A stretch of DNA of 64,000 nucleotides from an uncultured Fidelibacterota bacterium (GTDB taxonomy: Bacteria > Fidelibacterota > Marinisomatia > Marinisomatales > UBA1611), in the NCBI GenBank assembly GCA_913040915.1, contig CAJWHW010000008.1, forward strand, positions 1,340 to 65,339, given 5' to 3'. Each line of letters begins with the position of its first letter. Within the stretch, counting starts at the first letter, position 1. Below, in pieces: positions 28,061 to 37,632 of the stretch. Below the pieces are notes generated by a model that saw only the letters and a program-made list of their open reading frames with translations, was not told the DNA's origin and did not search any database. Position numbers and translations under genes: made by a program.

Positions 28061-30406
28061 ATGTCACAAAAATTTGAAAAAGTTGCTGTATTGGGTGCAG
28101 GTGTGATGGGCGCACAAATTGCCGGGCACCTTGCCAATGCGGGAATTCCATCTTATTTATTCGATATAAATGTTGAGTTGGCTACTCAGGGGGTGGAAAC
28201 GTTAACTAAACTTAAGCCAGCGCCATTGTATAAACCGAAAAATGCTGACTTAGTTACACCCTGTACTTATGATAATGATATTGAAAAAATTGCGGACGTG
28301 GACTGGGTGTTGGAAGCTGTTGTAGAACAATTAGATATTAAAGAAAAAGTGTACCAGTCCATCCTGCCCCATTTAAAAGATTCTGCTATTCTTACATCTA
28401 ACACTTCTGGTATTCCATTGAAAGATTTAACTGCTCTACTTCCGGATGATTTGAAACAGCGATTTATGATTACGCATTTTTTTAATCCGCCACGATATAT
28501 GCAATTACTGGAACTTGTTCGCGGGGAAAGAACATCAGATAGCACCTACAAAACCATGGTAAACTTTGGCGAATCCATTTTAGGGAAAGGAATCGTTCAT
28601 GCAAAAGATACGCCCAATTTTATCGGAAATAGGATTGGTGTTTATGCACTTATGATTACAATGAATCTAGCAATTGAACAAGATTTAACCATTGAAGAAG
28701 TAGATAAGCTCACAGGCACTATCTCCGGTCGACCTAAGAGTGCTACTTTTCGCACATCTGATGTAGTAGGTTTGGATATATTAAAAAATGTAGCTTTGAC
28801 CACTTATGATAAAGCCACTGAAGATGAAGAAAGGAATATATTCCAAATTCCTGATATATTGAATCAACTAATTGAATCGGGACGTCTAGGCAAAAAAACT
28901 AAGTCCGGATTTTATAAAAAGAATAAAGATAGATCTATCTATTCAGTCGATTTTCAAACTGGAGAATACTCACCGCAGGAAAAAGTTCGGTTTGATTGTT
29001 TCCGCATAGCCAAAGATCACCAAAAACTAGCTAACAAATTAAAAGCTCTTTGCTACGGTGATGACCGTGGAAGCAAATACTTTTGGGAAATTACAGCTAA
29101 ATCTTTAATCTATAGTGCAAACCGCATCCCTGAGATCTCAGATGATATTGTCAATATTGATAATGCCATGAGATGGGGATTTGCTTGGGAATTGGGACCT
29201 TTTGAAAGTTGGGATGCTATTGGTGTTCAAAAATCTGTTGACCGTATGAAATCAGAAGGGGAAAAAGTGCCAAAATGGGTTTTAGATATGCTAGAAACAG
29301 GACGAGAAACGTTTTATAATCTAGAGAATGGTGAACGAACATACTGGTGTCCAATCAGTAAACATCCCATTGTAATTGAACAAAATCCCAAAATATTAAA
29401 CCTGAATATCAATAAATCCAAAGGAACAACTTTAAAGAGGGATCTCAGTGCTAGTATTCAAGATTTAGGTGACGGTATCTTAAATGTTGAATTTCATTCC
29501 ATCTTACAGCCAAAATTAAATCCAATAGATGGTTCCTATATTGAAATGATTGGATATGCCCTTGACCTGATTGAGAATGAGGACTATAAAGCAATGGTTC
29601 TTGGACATCAGGGCGCTAATTTTTCTGCAGGTGCTAATTTGAATCTCATCCTCGAATTATGCGAAAATCAAATGTGGAAAGAACTAGATTTAGCTGTAAA
29701 AACTTTGCAGGATATGACGCAAAGGATTCGTTTTGCTAGTGGACCAATTGTAGCAGTTCCGTTTCAGCTTGTTTTAGGTGGCGGAGTGGAAATTGTTCAA
29801 CCTGCAGCACATCGCGTTGCCGCAGCTGAAACTTATATGGGCTTGGTAGAGGTAGGCGTTGGACTTATTCCAGGTGGTGGTGGTAACCTGCGTATGATCT
29901 TAAACGCAATGGAAGAAGAGACAGGCCGTATGGGGGCATTTCAGAAAATTCAAAAGACATTTGAAACTGTGGGCTTTGCCAAAATAGCTACAAGTGCGGA
30001 TGAAGCAAAACATTTTGGTTATTTGAAAAAAGATGATACGGTTGTTTTAAACAAAGATCATTTGATCCAAACTGCAAAAGATAAAGCATTGGAATTAGCC
30101 GAAAATTATGAATCGCCTGTTTATAGAGATGACCTTAAACTCCCGGGAACTGGCGGGAGAACGGCTTTGAAAATGGCACTAAAAGGATTTAAAATGCAGG
30201 GAAAAATATCTGACCATGATATGAAAATCGGTGAAAAGCTTGCTTTTGTCATGACTGGCGGTGACAAAGCAGGGCTTACAAAAACAGTCGATGAACAATA
30301 CTTGCTTGATATTGAACGGGAAGCATTCGTTTCTCTATGCGGTGAGAAACTTTCTCAAGACCGTATCAAGTATATGTTAAAAAGAGGAAAACCACTGAGA
30401 AACTAA
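28061..30406 (+). CDS. fadN: 3-hydroxyacyl-CoA dehydrogenase/enoyl-CoA hydratase (FadN-type)
   Basis: VLGAGVMG, SNTSG, HFFNPPRY, FSAGANL, GLVEVGVGLIPGGGG, C-terminal GKPLRN. Start moved to the ATG at 28061. Confidence 0.93.
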   Translation: MSQKFEKVAVLGAGVMGAQIAGHLANAGIPSYLFDINVELATQGVETLTKLKPAPLYKPKNADLVTPCTYDNDIEKIADVDWVLEAVVEQLDIKEKVYQSILPHLKDSAILTSNTSGIPLKDLTALLPDDLKQRFMITHFFNPPRYMQLLELVRGERTSDSTYKTMVNFGESILGKGIVHAKDTPNFIGNRIGVYALMITMNLAIEQDLTIEEVDKLTGTISGRPKSATFRTSDVVGLDILKNVALTTYDKATEDEERNIFQIPDILNQLIESGRLGKKTKSGFYKKNKDRSIYSVDFQTGEYSPQEKVRFDCFRIAKDHQKLANKLKALCYGDDRGSKYFWEITAKSLIYSANRIPEISDDIVNIDNAMRWGFAWELGPFESWDAIGVQKSVDRMKSEGEKVPKWVLDMLETGRETFYNLENGERTYWCPISKHPIVIEQNPKILNLNINKSKGTTLKRDLSASIQDLGDGILNVEFHSILQPKLNPIDGSYIEMIGYALDLIENEDYKAMVLGHQGANFSAGANLNLILELCENQMWKELDLAVKTLQDMTQRIRFASGPIVAVPFQLVLGGGVEIVQPAAHRVAAAETYMGLVEVGVGLIPGGGGNLRMILNAMEEETGRMGAFQKIQKTFETVGFAKIATSADEAKHFGYLKKDDTVVLNKDHLIQTAKDKALELAENYESPVYRDDLKLPGTGGRTALKMALKGFKMQGKISDHDMKIGEKLAFVMTGGDKAGLTKTVDEQYLLDIEREAFVSLCGEKLSQDRIKYMLKRGKPLRN

Positions 30407-30435
30407 TTTTTTATATGAAAGGAATCAAAAACAGT

Positions 30436-31878
30436 TTACTCTATGAATCTATTTTTTAATTCAGGAGTTGGCACCATACAAATATCTTTTTTCCCAAACC
30501 ATAAATAGCGATTCCTAGCTATGATTGAATAAATAGAATCCCTACAAAACTTAGGAACTAAAACTAGCAAATATAGGTAGGGCCACAGTCCATCCAATTT
30601 TCTTACGATCTCTAAAAATGCTGTTGATTTATCAAAAGTATCTGACTTTTGCCTTAGTATAATTGTCTCGTAATCTTTTTTACCAGGCTGAATAACTTGT
30701 AATGGAGCAAATTTAAAATAGGCCCCTTTATCTCGCTTAATTACAAATTGAATAAATCCATTACAAAGATTACATACTCCATCAAACTCTATAATATTTT
30801 TTCCCTTTTTATCTAATGTATTAATAAAACTTAGTTTAGGTTTCTTGAATAAAATATAAATGCTTAATAAAAAAGCAATTAAAAGAAATAAATCCTTTAG
30901 AGCCAGATTAATGTTGTTAATTGTAGATAGGTGTAAAATATAGATAAGGAGAATAAAAGCAAGAACACTAATTAATTTAAATTTATTTAATTTTAGTTCA
31001 TCAAAAATAGAGTTGAGTTGTTTAATTTTTTCACTTGGAATAATAGGAGTCCAAAAAAGTAAATATACAGGCAAGAAATGAAAAGAAATATTAAACATCA
31101 ACATTACCATACCATGAAAAAAATTTGCTAGTAATGTAAAAAATCTAAATAATACGGGCCTAAAAACGACAAGAAGAAAACCAATTTCAAAAATTACTGT
31201 AAACCAATCACCACTCTCCCAGAATAAATCAAAATTGAAATGTTCAAAAAATCTAGCCAAATAATCCTGTTTTTGCTGTATGTAGTAGTTTCTTAAGTAA
31301 AAAGCACGAACCATAGATTCAGAAAATTCAAGCCACCCGGAAATCAGCTTTATTAATCCAGATGTGAAAAATGAGAAACCTAGCCCCATTGCTATTAATG
31401 AAATCGGCCATTCTTGGATTTTAATTTTTTCAGTATTATTTACAATATTATCGAGACTAAAGGTTTTTCCCCAACCTGTAAATGACATCATAAAAAGTGT
31501 AAACCAGATAATAAAAGAGTGATCAATTTTTCCAGTGCTATAGATAAACCCATAATTTATGATACAAAGAAATGCTAAAATAATTCCGCTAACTTTTGTG
31601 AAAAAACCTATGAAGACAAAAAAGAATCCAATAGTAATCAATGTATCTGTTATTCTAAAATATATTAAAGGTAAAACTTCATCAAAAAATAGGCTGAAAA
31701 AAGGAGGTGGGTTAAAATAACCATCAGGGAACAAACTTATTTTACTGGAAAATTCAGGTACACCAACAATAAAGATCAATAAAAACATGAAAATAATTCT
31801 ATAAACACCAAGTTGGTATGAGTCACAGCTGTAAGCGTTGAATACCCAATGTTCAAATTTTTTATGTAGCTGCTTCAC
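30436..31878 (-). CDS. HTTM-domain membrane protein fused to a C-terminal DCC1-like (DUF393) thiol-disulfide oxidoreductase
   Basis: HTTM-like motifs LGVYRIIF, GKIDH, FTSGLIKLISGW, FEIGF, FH. C-terminus FDGVCNLC...FAPLQ...RDSIYSIIARNRYLWFGK (DxxCxxC). Confidence 0.8.
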   Translation of the reverse strand: MKQLHKKFEHWVFNAYSCDSYQLGVYRIIFMFLLIFIVGVPEFSSKISLFPDGYFNPPPFFSLFFDEVLPLIYFRITDTLITIGFFFVFIGFFTKVSGIILAFLCIINYGFIYSTGKIDHSFIIWFTLFMMSFTGWGKTFSLDNIVNNTEKIKIQEWPISLIAMGLGFSFFTSGLIKLISGWLEFSESMVRAFYLRNYYIQQKQDYLARFFEHFNFDLFWESGDWFTVIFEIGFLLVVFRPVLFRFFTLLANFFHGMVMLMFNISFHFLPVYLLFWTPIIPSEKIKQLNSIFDELKLNKFKLISVLAFILLIYILHLSTINNINLALKDLFLLIAFLLSIYILFKKPKLSFINTLDKKGKNIIEFDGVCNLCNGFIQFVIKRDKGAYFKFAPLQVIQPGKKDYETIILRQKSDTFDKSTAFLEIVRKLDGLWPYLYLLVLVPKFCRDSIYSIIARNRYLWFGKKDICMVPTPELKNRFIE

Positions 31879-31882
31879 CGTA

Positions 31883-32440
31883 CTAAACTTCTATCACACC
31901 AATTACTTTTTTGTGTTTTATTTTACCAGATTTGAATAGTCTTGTTATCAAGATTTTCTGAATAATTATTTTTGATACTTCTACTTCTCTCTTCATTAAA
32001 ATTGTTTTTTTGATCCATTCTGTAAATTCTGTTTTCTCTTTATTATCTAATGTGGGGTATCTTACCTTTATAATGTATTTAGTATATTGATCTTCCCCAA
32101 TTATTGACTTTATCATTGTGTAATATTTTTTCTGTATACTGTTATAATTTTCTTCAGATTGCTTACTGAAATATGCTAGATCAATTGCTCGAGCAATTGC
32201 TATTTTTGAAAATGGGTAAGCCAATTCTTTTAGTTCAATAGAATCTTTTATACCATCCGTATAATAAAATAAATTATAATCTTTTAACGTATATTCTCCT
32301 TGATTAATGTCAATCCTAGAAAAGCCAGGCATTATAAATGATGGATAAGGCTCTCTGACAATTAACCCGTATGCTAGATGCAAAATCAAAAAAAAGGGAA
32401 ATAAATAAAATAATAAGATTATTGTTTTATTATTTTTCAT
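31883..32440 (-). CDS. Hypothetical membrane-anchored protein, partner of the HTTM gene
   Basis: One N-terminal TM followed by EPYPSFIMPGF; 4 bp from the HTTM gene. Confidence 0.65.
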   Translation of the reverse strand: MKNNKTIILLFYLFPFFLILHLAYGLIVREPYPSFIMPGFSRIDINQGEYTLKDYNLFYYTDGIKDSIELKELAYPFSKIAIARAIDLAYFSKQSEENYNSIQKKYYTMIKSIIGEDQYTKYIIKVRYPTLDNKEKTEFTEWIKKTILMKREVEVSKIIIQKILITRLFKSGKIKHKKVIGVIEV

Positions 32441-32604
32441 TTTAACTAATTGAAATTATTTAATCTCCATTTTATCCACCATTTGATAAATAATAATTGT
32501 ATTTTGTGTAATTCATATAAAAACTCTCATTTCTATAACATAAATAGATATAGAAAGAATTCTAATTATATGTAAAACCTGATCAAATTCTAATATTAAT
32601 GTAA

Positions 32605-33813
32605 TTAAAAATGATATTTCAAACCAATTTTAGTATGAGAAAAGTCTTCCATAGTCTGAAACTGAGTTTCTTCACCACCAATAATTTTTGAAAACGAAAA
32701 ATTTAATTGCCAATCATTTTTTGGAAAATAATCAGCAGAAAAGCCATATATAAGCTGAGTGTCTTTTAAATCCGTAAATAAATTTATCTTTAGATCAAGA
32801 GCATTATCCATGTGAGCTGATTGGGCCGCAAGTAATAATGCTAAATCTGTAAATGATGCAAAGGGTGTGCCCATTCCCGGTTTGAAATCAGGCTCTTTTT
32901 CAAGCATTGTTTTATCCCAATTTATTACACCATCCATGGATCCAATTACCTGAGCTGAGAGAATGATATCATTAGGTGTAGTATAGTCAATTTGTTCAGC
33001 ATATTGTATGTAAGATACATTATTAAAATATAAAGAGTCTATCTCAAAATCATTCTCTGTTGTAAAGAATCCAACCTCAAAACGGTTCGTCATATTACCA
33101 ATAAAAAAAACACCATCTAAACCAACAACATTAGTTTTTCTATAAGAAAATACTGGAACATTAACATCATGTCCTACATAATCAAAAGAACGATCTCTTC
33201 CTCTGAAAATTGAAAAACTAAAATCGCCAATATCATTTGTTGTCTGAATTCGAATACCAAATTCAGAAACAGTTTCCAATTCTATTAAAGGTGGATGACT
33301 AGCAGGAAGCTTAATTGGAAATGCCGTCTCATTAAATGGCATTCGGTTCGGTACGTGCTTTGGAATAAATACACCTTCAAATTGCCAATCATTCCAATAA
33401 TACTTGATTGATCCTGACACATTTCCAACCTTCCTTTCAGCACCGAGAAGAAACATATAATAATAATCATAAGGATTTAAATTATCTGTGGGATTGTTTC
33501 CATCTACTGTACCCCAAGCATGAATTTGCTTACCGAGTTTTAATTCTCCCCACTCAGGATACCACATAATATATATTTCCCTAAATTGAACGTCATTTTC
33601 ATTGTTGGACCATCGATACTCCAATGCTGAATTAGTTTGTATTTCAAAATCTCCCATAGAATACCCAATTTCTACTTCAATCAAACGAAATGGTAGTGAA
33701 ATCTCAGTCTGATCCGATAATCGATGCATATTTCCAGGCTTAAATGATCCGGTATAATTTAATTGCCCAAATAATATTGCTATTGGAAAAAGTGACCAAA
33801 ACAATTTTTGCAT
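32605..33813 (-). CDS. Outer-membrane beta-barrel protein (DUF1302-like), copy A
   Basis: Signal peptide, REIY, LGKQIHAWGTVDG, C-terminal GLKYHF. Follows the MMPL and LolA-like genes. Confidence 0.7.
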   Translation of the reverse strand: MQKLFWSLFPIAILFGQLNYTGSFKPGNMHRLSDQTEISLPFRLIEVEIGYSMGDFEIQTNSALEYRWSNNENDVQFREIYIMWYPEWGELKLGKQIHAWGTVDGNNPTDNLNPYDYYYMFLLGAERKVGNVSGSIKYYWNDWQFEGVFIPKHVPNRMPFNETAFPIKLPASHPPLIELETVSEFGIRIQTTNDIGDFSFSIFRGRDRSFDYVGHDVNVPVFSYRKTNVVGLDGVFFIGNMTNRFEVGFFTTENDFEIDSLYFNNVSYIQYAEQIDYTTPNDIILSAQVIGSMDGVINWDKTMLEKEPDFKPGMGTPFASFTDLALLLAAQSAHMDNALDLKINLFTDLKDTQLIYGFSADYFPKNDWQLNFSFSKIIGGEETQFQTMEDFSHTKIGLKYHF

Positions 33814-33817
33814 TCAG

Positions 33818-34579
33818 TCAGTCTCTCGGAGTACGCTTGAGATTTTTTTCTTGGAATAATTTTTTGTCAATACCGGAATCTACAAGAATATCTGAGAATG
33901 TAACTTCTGTAGAATGATTTTTTTGAATATCTTTCACAAACACTCTTTTAATTACATGGTATTCTTTAATACTCTGAAATGTATATTCTTTAACTTTTTT
34001 CAAGCGGCCACGCTTATCATATGCTTCTTCCTTCAAACCTATAAGCGCTGTTTTATCAATCCATGAAATATGTTTTGAATAAGAAGATTTTACTTTTTTG
34101 ATAGGAGTGATTTCTAAAACATAGCAATCTTTGCCAAGAAAAATTTCATCATCCAATCGCTTAAAATTATTTTCATCCAAATTCCGACTAGATAAATCTT
34201 CATAGCTTAAGTCTGAACCCATAAATGCATCCCCCTTTTTTTTGGATGATATTCGTCTTACTTTCTTAAAAGCAGGAAGCCACATTCTCATTTCATCATC
34301 TTTATCATCATGTTCAATTTTTAAGAATGCTACTCCCTTATCATCTTTCGGCTCCAAAAACCAGATTAATTGTTTTTTACTTCCATCAATTGATTTAGAC
34401 ACCATAGTGTTTGTTCTTGTTTTCCCTTTTGAATTAGTCAAAATCATTTTTGTTTTATTGGACATATCTTTTGGAGTTGGTCTATCATCGATCATCTTTG
34501 CAATCTCCAAACCGGATTGTCCAAGTAAATACCCAATGAGAACTGGCAGAGTGATAAACTTCTTCATTTTTTCCTCCAT
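33818..34579 (-). CDS. LolA-like outer membrane lipoprotein-sorting protein, copy A
   Basis: FLEPKDDKGVAFL, WLPAFKKVRRISS, FMGSDLSYEDL. The true start may be 34567. Confidence 0.85.
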   Translation of the reverse strand: MEEKMKKFITLPVLIGYLLGQSGLEIAKMIDDRPTPKDMSNKTKMILTNSKGKTRTNTMVSKSIDGSKKQLIWFLEPKDDKGVAFLKIEHDDKDDEMRMWLPAFKKVRRISSKKKGDAFMGSDLSYEDLSSRNLDENNFKRLDDEIFLGKDCYVLEITPIKKVKSSYSKHISWIDKTALIGLKEEAYDKRGRLKKVKEYTFQSIKEYHVIKRVFVKDIQKNHSTEVTFSDILVDSGIDKKLFQEKNLKRTPRD

Positions 34580-34599
34580 GAAATTATAGGTTTATTGTT

Positions 34600-35165
34600 T
34601 TATCAACGTATTGCTGCATATGCCCAGGTAAACCCAGCCCCAAATGCAGCCAAAATAAGATGGTCACCCTTTTTAATCAAACCATCTTCAAAAGCATCAC
34701 AAAGAGCAATTGGGATTGAAGCTGCAGTTGTATTACCGTATCTATGAATGTTATTGTATATTTTTTTTATCCATAGAAATATTCATCGACTTGGCTACTG
34801 ATTGTATAATTCGCAGATTCGCCTGATGTGGGATAATTAATCTAATATCATCGATAGATAAATCATTTTTATTCATAGCTTCATTAATCACTTCGGGAAA
34901 ACGGCACACAGCATTTTGAAATACTTTTTTCCCATTCATATATGGTTCATAGGCTTTGGAATTGTTCTTCATATTTTCCAAATTGATTTGATTTGCACCA
35001 GATGAGCCAGGTCCTTCCATCCAAAGATTTTTAATATTTGCACCATCACAGTGTAGATGAGTTGATAAAATTCCTTCATCATTATTAGTCGCCTGAATTA
35101 CTGCTGCACCGGCACCATCACCGAAAAGAACGGCAATATCCCGCCCTTCCGTAGATCCCTTTTAT
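34600..35165 (-). pseudogene. fabH: FabH (KAS III) remnant: N-terminal half missing, frameshifted
   Basis: Reads STEGRDIAVLFGDGAGA...YMNGKKVF...IIPHQANLRII, then after a +1 frameshift in the 8-nt A run (34761-34768) [17 protein letters not shown]...[10 protein letters not shown]. The catalytic-Cys half is absent. AGGAG is followed by ATA rather than ATG. Confidence 0.88.
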
Positions 35166-35182
35166 GGTACTCCTAATCATAT

Positions 35183-37498
35183 TTACATCTTCTTAATTAA
35201 TTTTTTCTTTAATAATTCTGCCAGGGCTGAAAGTACTGTTAATGTTCCAAGTGAAGTAGAGACCATGGCAAATACCATTAATCCACCAATATATTGGATA
35301 GGTATAAATACAGAAAATATTAATGCACCAAACCCCATATTTGAACACGCATCTAATATGATTGGATATCCGACATCATCAATCACTTCACGACTCAGTT
35401 GCTGGGGATTGATCTCCTTTGATAATCTACGAAATTGCGAAATATAATGAATTGCAAAATCAACACCCACACCAATAATAATGGATGACAAAATTGCAGT
35501 TATATGATTCAGCGCTACATCGAAATGTCCCATTAATCCAAAGTTCAGGATTACTGCAGATGATAGAGGAACCACAGCTAAGAAACCCCAAATGACCCGC
35601 TGAAAAAATATTGAAGCGATAACTCCAATAACAATTAATGAAAAAATGATGCTTAGAGCTGTTGATTTTATTATCATTATTACCATATCACGAATAACAA
35701 TAATCATTCCTGTTACAGTTAAAGTCATATCAGATGTCAAATTATTATCAATATATGTATTGATTTCATTAGCATACTGGAATATTTCATCAGTACTCAT
35801 TATTTTAGCCAATATGGTTAGTAATCCTGTTTCATAATTCATATCATCCACAATAGATGAATAATCATTTGAAAATCCTCTTATCAAGTTTTTTATTTTT
35901 GATGCTGAATCAGGAATCGTGTAATAGGTAAGTTTGTCATCCATAAATGTGCGATGCATTTGTTTAACTATATCGGCAAATGAATAACTTAAGGAGACTT
36001 TTTCTTCTTTTTCGAGAAAGGACTGAAGTCGATTCAAATCATTAAGTACTTGCGGATCTCGCATATCACCTTCTATTCTAACTCTTAGGTCTAACGTACC
36101 TGTCATTTCACGATCCATGAAATCCATACTGTCACGAATTTCCGTTCCAGGTTTAAAAAAATGGGCTATGTTTACATCAACGTATATTTTTTGAAATCCA
36201 AATAACCCAAACATCACTAAAATAATTCCAATTGAAAAAACATATTTTGGATGGGTTAATACCACTTTCCCTAAACGATCAATCAATTTTTCAAAAAAAC
36301 TTATTTTTTTAATTGCTTTTGATTCCATATCCCAATTCTTAATAGAAATAACCGCAGGAAGAAGTAAAGAACTGAGAAAACATGCCCATAGAATTCCTAC
36401 AGAAACAGTTATACCATATCCAATCAAAGGTTCCATTGGAGAAAAAATCATTGTCAAAAAAGCGACTACTGTGGTAATACTTGTTAAGAATATTGGCAGG
36501 AGTAAAGAATCCATGGTTGATACTAATGCTGTATTCAGATCACCTTTTAAACGCATTTCCTTGAAAAATTTTGAAATTACATGAACACCATCAGAGTTTG
36601 CTATTGTCAATAAGATAATTGGCATCGATGTATGCATCATTGTAAATAAAAATCGATCTGACTCAGTGAATTTGTATACCCAACCCATAAAACCTATCAT
36701 AGAGACCAATGATAATCCAATTACCATTAAAACCATTAGTAAACCAGGAATACTTCTTAGGTTTGATAATAGGATCATTACCATGATTAAAAGACCAATT
36801 TTTATCAGAGACTGAACATCTTTTCGAATTAATGAAGGTACTGTACCTGTAACATAGGCTGTGCCGCCATAATGGACCTCATAGCTCTCCAAAATCGTTC
36901 CTGTAGCCTTTACTAATTCATTCCGGAATTGATCTAGGCCTAAATCATCGTAGGGTTGTACCATGACAATGATGTAATCTTCATTCCGACTGATGAATTG
37001 CTTCTTCAAATTCGGATATTTATTTAAATAATCCCGAATGCCCATAATTTCAGTTTCTGCTAATTCACGATTAGGCTGTAAATCCTGTATGATTAACTCA
37101 CCTTCCTCATTGTCCATCCGCATCGAAGTTGAAATACAGGATACTTTTTCTACTACTGATAATGCTTCCAACTCTAAGACTAAATCCCAAAGTGTGCCTA
37201 AGGCATCTGGATGATATATTGAACGACCCTCATTCCCAAATGCTACAAAAATAACTTCTGTACTCCCAAACTCATCCTGTAAAGAATCCCAAGCCTGACG
37301 TGACTGAAGTTTTTTAGGAAGCATTTTCATCATATCATCATCTATAACTAAATATCTTATCCCCGAAGCCATAAAAAAAGTAGCCAGCAAAGATACAATA
37401 ATTGATCTGACAGGATAATGTATACTTTGGTAAATGATCCGTTGTCTTATGGGATGACTGGAATATTTATGAATCTTAGTGTTACTAGTTTTTTTCAA
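35183..37498 (-). CDS. MMPL/RND-superfamily transporter, copy A
   Basis: Two repeats of TM + periplasmic loop + 5 TM; IANSDGVH, LTSITT, GVGVDFAIHY. Confidence 0.9.
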   Translation of the reverse strand: MKKTSNTKIHKYSSHPIRQRIIYQSIHYPVRSIIVSLLATFFMASGIRYLVIDDDMMKMLPKKLQSRQAWDSLQDEFGSTEVIFVAFGNEGRSIYHPDALGTLWDLVLELEALSVVEKVSCISTSMRMDNEEGELIIQDLQPNRELAETEIMGIRDYLNKYPNLKKQFISRNEDYIIVMVQPYDDLGLDQFRNELVKATGTILESYEVHYGGTAYVTGTVPSLIRKDVQSLIKIGLLIMVMILLSNLRSIPGLLMVLMVIGLSLVSMIGFMGWVYKFTESDRFLFTMMHTSMPIILLTIANSDGVHVISKFFKEMRLKGDLNTALVSTMDSLLLPIFLTSITTVVAFLTMIFSPMEPLIGYGITVSVGILWACFLSSLLLPAVISIKNWDMESKAIKKISFFEKLIDRLGKVVLTHPKYVFSIGIILVMFGLFGFQKIYVDVNIAHFFKPGTEIRDSMDFMDREMTGTLDLRVRIEGDMRDPQVLNDLNRLQSFLEKEEKVSLSYSFADIVKQMHRTFMDDKLTYYTIPDSASKIKNLIRGFSNDYSSIVDDMNYETGLLTILAKIMSTDEIFQYANEINTYIDNNLTSDMTLTVTGMIIVIRDMVIMIIKSTALSIIFSLIVIGVIASIFFQRVIWGFLAVVPLSSAVILNFGLMGHFDVALNHITAILSSIIIGVGVDFAIHYISQFRRLSKEINPQQLSREVIDDVGYPIILDACSNMGFGALIFSVFIPIQYIGGLMVFAMVSTSLGTLTVLSALAELLKKKLIKKM

Positions 37499-37632
37499 TT
37501 TCTTTCACGCCATTATGGTTAATTGAACCTAAAATACCAACGCCAATAATACTACTAGGAGATTTTCTATTGTTTGAAAATGTTTTAATGAAAAAAAATT
37601 TTGACCAAGATTTGAATTAAAATAATGTATAA

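Noticed and set aside
30436-32604. Complete Sdp-type toxin or RiPP locus
   Set aside because: No precursor peptide or immunity gene is visible next to the HTTM pair.
34751-35020. 89-aa track ORF as a standalone protein
   Set aside because: It is the middle fragment of the fabH pseudogene.
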